Origin: Anthoceros angustus
Lineage: Eukaryota; Plantae; Anthocerotophyta
Reading direction: 5' to 3'
NCBI GenBank assembly: GCA_010909165.1
Contig: MU008163.1
Span: 1,860,001-1,924,000 of the forward strand
Length of the DNA stretch: 64,000 bases
The position numbers were made by a program, and so were the translations under genes. Numbering within the stretch: position 1 is the first letter of the stretch; each line of letters opens with the position of its first letter. Shown here piece after piece: positions 12,406-23,644 of this stretch. A model generated the notes under the pieces. It ran no database searches, was not told where the DNA came from, and saw nothing but the letters and a program-made list of their open reading frames with translations.

Positions 12406-13335
12406 GTATGGAATACCGATCTGGTCACTCGGCTTCGTGTGTGACTTTGTTTTTTTTGGTGTACGTTACAGAAATATGCCACGGCATCTTTCAGATACTT
12501 ACGTACAATATAGGTATAATACGTGTCACATCAGCTTGGGTAGGTTCCTACGCAGGGCAAAAACTTTCTATGACACAATGTTAGTCTGGTGTTCCGATTG
12601 TGTCAATATGCACATGTTTTCTTGTTTAGGGTTTTAGAGTTCCGATCACCACACATACATGTTAAAAGGCGGCCACGACATTGTGCAGGGAGTGCAGGAG
12701 CAGGGGGGAGGCACTGCCCGAGTACCTGCAACAGTGGACGCAGGCTGAAGCCATGTCGTGGGCGTGGACAGGGATTAGCCTGCTGCGTTATGTGGTCCAG
12801 TAGGCTTTTTGAACTTCACACTTGTGCACTGCAGGCTTTTTTGGGTGCAAGCCTTATATCTATGTGATTGTTTTCATGGAAGCCCTTCTTGTGTTGGTCC
12901 TTGTGGTACAACTCTGTTTAAGGGTACTTAGTGCTATGTGAACCGCACCTATAGGCGGAACGCGTTCAGAGCAAACGGTAAACACTACAGCCTTGCATGC
13001 AAGGGCAAACGCACTCAGCCGCGCCGCAAACACAAACGATGAGTACAGCACAAACGAAAATGTAAACGGTACGCCACCCACATACGCCGCACACATACGC
13101 CGCCCAGATGCATGCTGCAATGGCACAAAAACGCAAATGACCCTAAACGCAACCCTAAACCCGAGAGAAAAAAGGTTTCAGTGCATCGTGAAAACTTTGT
13201 GTGCATCATCGGGTAGGTTGATGTGGTCATGTGTGACATACTGAAATAGTTCCGCCATATACGGCGGGACTATTTCTTTCTGTCAACAACCCTAAAAAAA
13301 TATGGATGGCGCGTGACCAGATCGGTATTCCATAC
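12406..13335. mobile_element. Non-autonomous DNA transposon-like element with perfect 23-bp terminal inverted repeats
   Basis: gtatggaataccgatctggtcac at 12406-12428 and its exact reverse complement at 13313-13335. ACCA flanks both ends. An internal hairpin lies at 13243-13276. No transposase ORF. Confidence 0.7.
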
Positions 13336-14659
13336 ACCAGCAGCAATCCAGCATTCCCTATTTGTTTGGCACTAGCACGGTTCAGAGTATATTAGTGTAG
13401 GCACTAGTGAAAGTGAACCACATTCAGTCCGTCTGTATATCAACTATCTACCTACATACATTGACGAATACATTTATTTTAAGAAAGGAAAGAAGTGAAA
13501 GCTACATTGACGAAGATTTTCTTTCCCAAAGTGAGATGTTAAGTCAGGTTTTATCTCGCACTGATGAACTCGCATGAGGGAGTCCAAGACTTTAAAGTAG
13601 GGATGCGAGTCCCTCGTGCAAGATTTAAAAAGTAGGGATGCAAGAAGAGCAGGGCCTATTGGCTCGCACCTCCAATTCTAAGTCGGCACTTCCAAGCCTA
13701 ATAGGTGCCCATGTCGTGGAGTATCGCTGACTGGATTGGCAAGCAGGCCACCGAGTAAAGGTGAAGCCGCAAAGGGTGGAGGGGCAGAAAGAAATCCATA
13801 CTGAAGGATGTACAAACAGTATATGTTTATATGCTGCCAACAATACCAGAGGGGTAGATGTGCCATGGCGATGAGCGTAATGGCACTCCCAGGGGCCCGG
13901 AGAGAGTAGGGTTAAAAGAAAACTTTGAGTTCGGGTAAAGCCCAGGGCTCTCCCCCCAGCTTGAGCAGAGAGGGCCTGGAGTCACCCATGATGCAAGGGC
14001 AGCCCTACTATGCACAGGAGGGGGCTAAGCAAAAGCTAAGGATGTCCATAATGCCTAGAATTGTTGCTCTTCTTGTCCTGATCATGCTTGCCCTTGCTTA
14101 ACTGTGCATGCAATTGGATTTGCGAGAGTACAAGCTGGTTCAAGGTTGGTTCAAGCATAATATTTTTTAAAATAATTTAAGCTGATTACTACTTTGATTT
14201 CATATAAAGAATAGTTAAAATAAATATTTTAAAAGTAATATAATATTATTTTAGATATTATTCATCATAATTTAAGAATGCGGTTAAAATATGTTATATA
14301 TATTGATAGATAAAATTTTAATTATGATATATTTTTTTAATTTACTTATATGTACAAAAATAAAAATGATAAAGTATGTGATACACCAATATCTTGTTGA
14401 GATTGCATTACCCATATAATATAAGTTGTCTTTATAAATAGCTTAGTAGTAGGATGGTGGGAAGATGGCGCAGGTCTTGGAGCTTCTAGAGTTATTATTA
14501 TCGAGGCTGGACTATAATATTCGTACTGGCCCTGAAGGTGAAGATCTAATGGTGAGTTATCAAGGGGTGGTATAAACATTACAGTCCATCCCCTCGATAT
14601 GAGGAGTTGTAGACGCTCCTCGAGCTAGAGAAGCTCCAAGACCTACTCAGAAGGTCCTC

Positions 14660-14870
14660 TCCATTCCTTCAATGATTGGCTCCAAGTTCCGAAGGCAAGA
14701 CTACTTTCCGTTCCTTGAATGATCCTCTCCATTCCCTCAATGATCAGCTCCAAGTTCTGAAGGCAAGACTACTTTCCGTTCCTTCAATGATCGGCTCCAA
14801 GTTCTGAAGGCAAGACTACTTTCCGTTCCTTGAATGATCGGCTCCAAGTTTTGAAGGCAATACTACTCTG
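14660..14870. repeat. 47-bp tandem repeat, about four copies
   Basis: Units resemble atgatcggctccaagttctgaaggcaagactactttccgttccttga. Confidence 0.85.
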
Positions 14871-16236
14871 CAGGAAACAAGTTTGTAGGTTGACGAGGAT
14901 CTTATATCGTTGCAATTGTAACATGAAGAAGCAAGTTTGTGCGTTAATGATGATCTTACACCATTACAATGGCAACATAAGGAAACAAGTTTGTACGTTA
15001 ATAAATTGCAATAGCAACATAAGGAAGCAAAGTTACCTGCTTTTAAGGCTCCTCTTGCATTGGGTCAAGTAGCTTTTTTTTCGTGGGGATCATTTTTCAA
15101 TGCTCGTCCGCACAATTCTGCCGACATACATGATTGATTGATTTAGTTGCTTCTTGGCCTTGTTTTGCATTACTTCTTTTTCCATAGTTTAGAAACTATT
15201 CCCGACACATAGTTCCTTAGCTCCTCCGCCAACTCGGGAACTATGTTTTCCTAGTTCATACTTACGTATGTGTATGCTTTCTATGCTAACTATGTGTCCC
15301 TAGTTCATATGTACGTATGTGTATGTTTTCTACTGCCTCATTTTAACTTATACCATTTCCATCCATGATGGTTTTTCCACCTTTAGGAGATGTAAATACA
15401 ATTTTTGTTGTTCTGGGTAGAGAGCGAATCTTGAAATCTTGTAAACAGAAGGTCTTGAGGTCATTTCCCGGAGGAGGCATGCTGCGATACAGGCTAACAT
15501 CACAAAATTATGTTTTTATGTTATGTTCTTTATTTTGGTTTAGTTTGTGTTAACTAAAATTTCATGCCGCAAAGCTGGGAGCTGTCAGCCATTCATAACT
15601 TTGGCTTCTGTTAGATAAAATTTCCTTCAAATAATAATTATAAGAAATATACGTATGTGGATACGCATATGAGGGAAAGATATTATGGTGGTAGCAAGCA
15701 TTCGAGATGTTCTATGATGGAGCGCTGGTAACCGCAAAGCAGCACGCTGGTAACCAGGCCAGCGGATTACGTCCGATCTATCTCGAATGTAGAATGCAAT
15801 TACTGCAGCGGAATCAAATTCCACACAAGACTTGCTGAAATGGGATCATTATGTGCTGCGCACAAATGTCATCAAACACAAGAGCCGGGCAAAATTCTGC
15901 TCTTGTATGTGATGCAGCTGTCCAGTCCAGATGGGCTCAACCCTTCAATTCATGTGTTTACACTAATATAAAGTCTTCGACCTATGTAAAATGTTTCTGT
16001 CTCGATGACACAATGAGAAAGAAATCTGATGCGCACAAGTCTTGTCAGACACAGGAGCCGGACGTAAAAGGAGCTGGCTGCTCATTGACCAGGTCAATTA
16101 CTACTGCAAAACCGTGAGAGACGAAGAAGCACCAAAACAGAAACCTGCTCTTGAGATTCTGCAGGGACACAAAAGGAATGCACGACCTTTTCCAGCCGTT
16201 GTTCCTTCCACGCTTCAGCCGACACGCTAGCCAGCC

Positions 16237-17511
16237 TCAGGTTTCCTTCTCAAGACCTTTGATGCCAGCTTCTCTGAGGAGAGGGAGGCGGCCTCGAAAC
16301 CAGTCGTCGCCCATGGCGGTTTGCAAAGTGGTGCGTCCTCCATCCAGCACAATGTTTTGCCCGGTGATGTAGCCGGCCTCATCGCTGGCCAGGAAGGCAA
16401 CAGTGGCGGCCACCTGCTCCACCGTGAGCACCTGGCCCTTGATGAACGACTGGCTCTCCACCACCGCCTTGGTGCCCTCCAGGGTTAGATCTTTCGGGAT
16501 GCCGGTGATGGTCCTGAAGGCGTTCTGGAGCAGGGACGTGGCCACCGCGTCCGGGGACACCGCGTTCACCCGGATCCCGTGGCGCCTGAGCTCGAAGGCC
16601 GCGCTCCTCGCCAGGCCGACAACGCCGGTCTTGGAGATTGTATAGCAGTGCGGACCGAGCCCGCCTTGGAGGGATGCCGTGCTGGAGGTGAAGATGATGG
16701 AGCCTCGCTGCGCCGGCTTCATCACCCTCGCCGCGTGCTTCAGCCCGAGCACCGGGCCCTTGAGCAGCACCGCCAAGGTGTAGTCGTACTCCTCCATGTC
16801 CAGCTCGTCTATGGCGCCGGCCGCGCCGAGGATTCCCGCATTGCAGAACATCACGTCCAGCCGGCCCCCGAGCGCCACCGCCGCGTCCACCGCGCCCGCC
16901 ACATCCGCTTCCTTCGTCACGTCGGTGTGCACGAAACGCGCTGCCGAGCCGAGCTCCTCCGCCAGCTTCTTCCCCGGCTCATCCCAAACGTCTGCGATCA
17001 CCACCCTCGCCCCCTCGCTCACAAACCTCCTCACCGTCGCCTCACCTATTCCGCTCGCCCCGCCCGTCACCACCGCCACCTGCCCCTCGAACCTGAGTCA
17101 TCGGGCGCACCCGTTTCCCAAGTGTCAGACCGTAATGTGCAAGACTCCTTTCAGGATTCCACACTCTGTCATACTCCTTCACAATTCCACACAATGTGAT
17201 ACTCCTTCACAATTCCACACAACGTGATACTCCTTCACAATTCCACACAACGTGATACTCCTTCACAATTCCACACAATGTGATACTCCTTCACAATTCC
17301 ACACAATGTGATACTCCTTCACAATTCCACACCATGTCATACTCCGTCAGAATTCCTCACAATCTCGAACCACCGTATTCAAGTCTCAATCAAAGCCGGT
17401 GCATGCAATCAGGTCAGGTGGATGATACCTGGGCCTCGGCGCCTGCGGTGCGGAGGAGAAGGTGCGCGTTAGGTCACCCTGGCCGGGCTCATGCACGCCA
17501 TTGCTTGACAT
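16237..17511 (-). CDS. Short-chain dehydrogenase/reductase, SDR110C-like (family of ABA2, secoisolariciresinol dehydrogenase and momilactone synthase), 2 exons
   Basis: Exon 1 17511-17429 (MSSNGVHEPGQ...APRPR) and exon 2 17092-16237 join in phase. Motifs TGGASGIG, IAD (acidic residue implying NAD preference), NAG, TSST, catalytic YTISK and IRVNAVSP. Substrate cannot be read from sequence. Confidence 0.93.
17137..17363. repeat. Intronic 28-bp minisatellite: about six near-identical units plus degenerate flanking units
   Basis: gtgatactccttcacaattccacacaa(c/t) repeated head to tail inside the SDR intron. Confidence 0.92.
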
Positions 17512-18975
17512 GTTGAATCTTGTCCGAGTGCACACCTGCGCGAGCCGGCGGAGCTGGTACCTGGGGGAGGCAGTTCAGTCGTGACGGAGAGCTCGAATTT
17601 CAGGAGCAGGCGTACAATTCACAAGCGGCTGGAGGAGGAATGGTGGATCCTCAAGCAGAGTCACCTCATTCTGCTCTATGTAGAAGCGTGAGGTTCGGGA
17701 TTCCGGCACACGGTTCTGGACGAGCTGCCTGCTGCCGCGCCGGAGAGCCTGGAGGACGGGGGGAAAGCGCCGGCAAGATGCGACACAGACACAGAAGTCG
17801 AATAGATCCAACTCCAGAGTGCGCTTGTATTCACGAGGACGAGGTGAGGCGGAAACTTCCGAGAACGGTGCGTGTGCCATGGCACAAGTGTATGGGGATG
17901 CATGTCATCGGATCGTATCGCGTCGGCGGCTTGCTGGATTGATCAGCATCTCCACATTCATCACATCCGCAGTCCGCGGTTCGAATCTGCCAGAGGCGTA
18001 AACAGTCTCTCGGGAGTTATTTTTAAGCTCCGAGCCCGAAAAACGGCACAGTTTCACGGCTGTATTTTATTATTATGACTTGGTACCCAGCTGGAGGGAA
18101 AATGTGCCGGCGAGATGTGCCTGCCATAGTGAAGACTCTCAAGATCCCCAAGCCTGGTGCTGGTGAAGGGAGATGCAAAAAGCCAAGCCGCAAATGGACA
18201 AAGGCCGGACTGCGTCAATCCAATTGTCACTCGGCTTGTGGAATTTGTCGTCGGGCTTGTTCAGGCTTCGTGAAAGTTCGCACGTATGCATCTACCAAGG
18301 TGTCCTCGATATTCGATATGTATCAGGGTTGCGGGCATCAGCAGCAACTGTGTTAATCGTTTCTCCAAAAGCACCTGGGGTCTCGAGCAAGAGCAAAGGC
18401 TGCAAGAGTGCAACAACAGTTGGTTAGCTCTGGGCCACTGGCCATGGTTTTCACTCTTGACATTCTCTGGAAACCCGCACTAGACGTACTCTCGACAGCT
18501 CCTTGACACCCTCCTGACACGCTCTTGAAACGATCTTGACATGCAAGGTCATCGCCAGGCTGCAGTCCAGATGAGGCTCTCCTCGTCTTCTTTGTTCGGT
18601 CAGAAGAATCTGATTTCAAGCGAGGTGGCAACGTCCTTGCGAACTGTCTGCAGCACTCTGGATGTGGCTGTAGCCAACCAAAAACCCTAATTGCCACGGC
18701 AGAGCTTCAGGGGCTTGCGACCCGGCCTTCGCACCTCTGTCTGCATCCTCCAGGCCTGAAGGATGTGGAGACCAAGTGGCAACAACAGCATCCTGCAAGC
18801 TGGTGGCAAGGTGGATGGTGCAGTAGTCGCATTACACACAGTAAAGAACGAGCTTGTCAAGGTCACGAAATCGGGGCGACGTAGCACCTCACCTTCCTGG
18901 CTATTTCCCCAGAAGATGCACGGCCAGTGGCGGCTCGGCGGACCCGGCCCTTATCTCCTCCACCACGTCCTAGCG

Positions 18976-19848
18976 ATGGCAGCGCTCGCCTTGCCTACCT
19001 CCAAGCTCCCCTTTGCCCGCGCTCTCAACTTGCAAGCCCCTGTCGCGCCCGCTGCCAGGACTGTAGCCGCGGTGTCCGCTTGCCCTGCCAATTCCGCTCT
19101 GCCGCTGTCGCTCCTCTCTGCTCCAGCCACCAGGGTTTCCACCAGCCGTCGCGTGGCAGCCATGGCTTCCGGCGGGAGCACCGGAGTCTCTCCTGTGCAG
19201 AAGAGCGACGAGGAGTGGCGCGCTGTTCTCAGCCCCGAGCAGTTCAGGATCCTGAGACAGAAGGGAACCGAGTGAGTGCCTACCGTTTGCCGTTTGCCCT
19301 GCCCTTCTGCCCTTTTGCCCTGTTGCATGCGTGTGCAATTTGCATCACTCACATTGATGATGGACTGCTCATGGATCTTCTGTTGTTCTGGAACCTGCTC
19401 AGCTGGAGAATGTTATTGCCATTGTTTCATGTTGTGCAGGTATCCTGGGACTGGCAAGTACAACAAGCACAAGGAAGACGGTGTTTACGAATGCGCTGGA
19501 TGCGGGACACCGCTGTACAAATCTACCACCAAGTTCGACTCGGGCTGTGGATGGCCAGCTTTCTTCGAGGGCTTGCCTGGTGCCATCACCGAAACAGTGA
19601 GTGTCCAGTCTTGCAACCCTCGCTGCACATTCTTCCATGGTTTGCAGTCAGCTTGCGGTGCTGATGATCTGAGCCTTCTGTGTGCTGTGCAGCGTGATGC
19701 AGATGGTCGAAGGGTAGAGATCACTTGCACTGCCTGTGGAGGCCATCTAGGGCATGTCTTCAAAGGCGAGGGATTCAATACTCCTACCGATGCCAGACAC
19801 TGTGTCAACAGCGTCTCCCTCACATTCACCCCAGCGAACAAGAGTTAG
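18976..19848 (+). CDS. MSRB: Methionine-R-sulfoxide reductase B with plastid transit peptide, 3 exons
   Basis: Exons 18976-19271, 19440-19596, 19693-19848. Motifs SDEEWRAVLSPEQFRILRQKGTE, CAGC and CTAC Zn ligands, KFDSGCGWPAF, GHLGHVFKGEG, RHCVNS. Confidence 0.95.
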
Positions 19849-20063
19849 ATTCTCTAGTGTGCCCGACTATATATTGTGTGCTGCTACATACATGATGTCG
19901 GCAGTGCTCTTGCAGCTCAAGCTTCTGTACAGCGGACGATGTCTGTGTATAAAGAACTCACGAGTTCTGTGTATAATTGTTGCATTTGATCCTCACACCC
20001 TGATTGTTTGAAAGGGCACACGGTGTAAAGAAAGGGACTATGGATCCATTATTGGAGCAAAAT

Positions 20064-22231
20064 CTATGACGCAGCCAGAGAGTGAAGCTGCTTGTAGCGG
20101 TACACCCGGGCCAAGAGGATGAAGAGGAAGATGCTGGCAGTCACCATGGCGGTCAAGAGCCAGTAGAACTTCTCCAGCCCGCCGTGCACGATGCCATCCC
20201 CGTCGAGCCAGCCATAGCCGTGCTTGGTGGTGTAGGTGTTGACGACGGTGACGAGCACGGTGGAGAGGAAGTACCCCATGGCGACGTTGCCGAAAAAGAG
20301 GGCGGTCCCCACGCTCTTCATCCCGTCGGGGACCTCCATGAAGAAAAATTGCAGATGGGCGACGCCCAGGATGAGCTCGGTGAAGCCCAGAATCACGTAC
20401 TGCGGCACGAACCACCAGACGGTCATGGGCACAGCTCCGGCCAGGAGATCCTGGTACCCCAGCCCCTGGGCTCGGATGATGCCCACCCGCTTCCTCTCCA
20501 CCATGGCAGCCGTCACCATGGCCACCATGGACAGCACCATCCCGATCCCCATGCGCTGCAGATGGGTGACGCCGCCTCTGGACTGGGCGAGGGGAGTCAC
20601 CACGTAGTGCCAGAAGGGGATGACGGCGAGGGCTGCCAGAATCAAGAAGATCGTGGCCGAGGCCGGCGGGATTTCGAAGTTGCTGATCAGCCGCCGGTCG
20701 ACGCTGCTGATCTGCCCGATGCTGAAGGAGAGATGCTGCGCAAAGAGCGTCCATACCGTGATGTTTGTGAGCCAGATGGGGAGGATCTGGATCACGCCCT
20801 TGGTGTCCTCCACCTGCGTCACGGTGCAGAGCTTCCAGGGATTGGCAGCAGAGTAGGCCTCGGTTTCGGCATTGGCAATGGTTTCGCCTTTTGCCGATTG
20901 CTTGATGGCTGCCTTGTCCAGCCAGCGGAATCCGTCGGTGTGCTCCACCTTCCGGAGGCCTCGGAGCTGGCATTCCTTGTCGCTGAGCTCGTGGAGGTCG
21001 CGGGTGTTGGGCGGGAGGTCGAGTTTGGCGTTGGCGATGGCGGCGACGAATACTTGAGCCAGGCGGGTGAACGGGCTGCCTCTCGGCTTCTGGTGCCTGA
21101 AGGCGGAGGGGTTTGGTGAATAGGGTGGCCAGGGCTACCGTGGGTGGATTTGAGAGATTGTGGAGTTGGGTGACGAGGGAGACGTACCTGAAGCAGGGAG
21201 TGGCGAGCCAGAAGGCTAGGGAAGCGAGGACCAAGGAGCCCAGGTTGATGCCGAATGCCTTGTCCCATCCCACGTGATCTTGGACCCATACCAGCATCGA
21301 GAAGCTGATGAGGTTGCCCATGTCGATGGAGCTGAAGAAGACGGTGAAGAAGTGCGTTTGCTGCTTCTTCTCGGCGGGATCACCTTCGTCGAACTGCTCC
21401 TGCCCGAGGGAGGAGATGCAGGGCTTGATCCCCGCGGATCCCACTGCCAGCAGGAACAGGCCCCCGTAGAAGCGGTTCATTATGGCGGTGCTGGGGTTCG
21501 GGCATTCCGGGTACGTTGTACAGGTTGGAGGGAGCTGAGACGGTGTGGCAGCTTGCACTGTGAGCATGACGAGGCCCTGAAGCACATGTCGGTTGCATCA
21601 ATTGTTGTGGACTGGACTCGTTGGTGAATCTGATAGATTGCATATCGCACGAGGAGTTTGGTGGATGAAGGAAGATGAAGACTGAGAGAGAGGTAGGGGA
21701 AAGTAGTCACCATGATCGAAATGACACAGGCCATGGATATGGTGAGGAATCGGCCTAGGTAGGCGTCGGCCAGGAAGCCCCACATAATTGGAAGCAAGTA
21801 GTTCACGCCTATGAAGTTTGTTGTCAGGTTGCCTGCTTCAGGGCCTGTCATGTGGAACGTGAACATAAGGTACGTCACCAGGTTGCCACCAATGCCGATG
21901 ACAGCCATTGTGTCCGCCACATTCAATGCTGCAATGCAGACATTGAATTCAATTCAATTGGGGTCAGCCAGGATTTCAGCAGGACCAACTCGCTTTCAAG
22001 AACAGCAAGTCAAATTATGTGCAGTGCAAACGTTGCGTCCCCCTCACCGCAGATGATCCATGCAGATTTCCAACGCCCGGTTTTGAGTTTGTTGGAGGGC
22101 CGTCCCCAGATATCCACAGAATTGTCCGTCGTTCGGTAAACTGACATCTTGTCATCGCTTACACTCCCAAACTCCTGCTCCACAACAATCTGGCTGCTTG
22201 GAGCCGAATCCTGTGGGAACGAAGTGTGCAT
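20064..22231 (-). CDS. NPF: NRT1/PTR family (NPF/POT) transporter, 4 coding exons; start codon uncertain (22231 or 22147)
   Basis: Exons start-22048, 21928-21711, 21576-21188, 21096-20064. Motifs NLVTYL, GFLADAYLGRFLTI, GIKPCISSLGQEQFD, GSPFTRLAQVFVAA, FRWLDKAA, LCTVTQVEDTK, EVPDGMKSVG. Confidence 0.93.
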
Positions 22232-23644
22232 TTGAGAGGCAAACTCACATGCAGCATCCCTTCTGTCCTGGAAAAAAAATCCAGTAAAGAATGAAGGCTG
22301 AAGTTGGCAATTGCTGTCAGAAACCAACCATGATGGAGAATTTCCTGGGATCACTTGTCGATGAATGTCGTCTTGGACTGGGGCACTCACATGATGTGTG
22401 ATGGGCCCTAAGACTCAATTCAACGCCGTTCTCGTAAGCTTGCCTGCATCACAACTTCTGTCGGATGGAACAATGCTGTTTCAAATGAGGGAGTCGTGGC
22501 CATTTGAAGCCATGCAGGTCTGACTGTAGGACCCGGTTCCGCCTGCGTTGATGCCGGGCGGCTCTTGGCTCCGGATGCGTCAGAATTTTATCTCGACGGA
22601 CAACAAACATCGAGGCCTTGGTATTCCAGCAACGTTCCATGTGCCCACTTGATTTGCTCGAGAACCCGCAGCCCAAAGCTGGTGGCTTCTGCCAGCCACA
22701 AGTTCAAGTGCAAGTCGGCTACAGAGTGGGCATTTCTTGAATTGGGAAACCAAGGCTTGCGGCTTGTTTTCAGCGTGTACAGGGTTCCGGATGGGTTTGT
22801 GGATTTCGACGTTGTTGGAGAGCCGTCCCCAGATATCCTTAGAATTGTCCGTCGTGCGGTAAACTGACTTTCGACGGGTGGTCAAATACAACGATCATCG
22901 AGGTTTCGAATTTGATTAGAGATCTGTAACAGAATGGATGAGATTGATGAGATTACGAGCTTGTCAGCGCTACCTGGAATTGGCTGACAAGCCGGTATGA
23001 GCTGGTAGTCCTTGAGCGATGTTGAAGACTCGTGAAAGACTAGTGCCAGAGATGCCGATCTCTACCTGCACTGCTTGAATGATGCCCGGCTTGAAGCACA
23101 TCCCAGCACACCAGGTGGTGAATGCGAGCTCTTAACTTCTAAGTGCTCTCACACAACTGCGCAGGACTTACTAGCTCAAGGACAGTATACCAACTCGAAC
23201 TTGTTGCTGGCCGCAGCCAATGACGCTGCTTCCTTTGCAAGTTGGCCAGTCACCTGAGCCTTCATGGTTGAGTACACAATCCAAGGACAATCTAAGAAGG
23301 ACCATTTCCTACCTTCATGTCGTTGTGGCATGCATTTCGTCTGCCTTGACAACAGAAGCTCAACAGTTGCAGAGTTGAGAAAGTACATCATAGCTATGCA
23401 CATTCAACTTATGAGTTAACGTGTGAGCTGCAATGGTAAGAAACACACGATCAACAGTGAGCACTTACAGCACAAGCATGTCACCTTACCAGCAAAAAGT
23501 AAGCGTGACTGAGATGCAAACAGGTGAGCCTGGCAGTACACTCCTCCGTCTTCATTCATGCACATGTTTTGCTTGGACCGGAGAAGGATATCCAACTTCT
23601 TTTCAGAAGACAAGGAAAGGTCAGCAAATAAAAGTATTTCAGTT

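Noticed and set aside
13138-13162. Interstitial telomere
   Set aside because: Only two CCCTAAA units, both inside the TIR element.
16237-17092. Bacterial horizontal transfer of the GC-rich, nearly intronless SDR
   Set aside because: The intron splits the Arg codon before (L/F)EGxVAxxTGG, the position typical of plant SDR110C genes. High GC is shared with the neighbouring plant genes.
17137-17363. 28-bp repeats as a CRISPR array
   Set aside because: The units are contiguous with no spacers and lie inside an intron.
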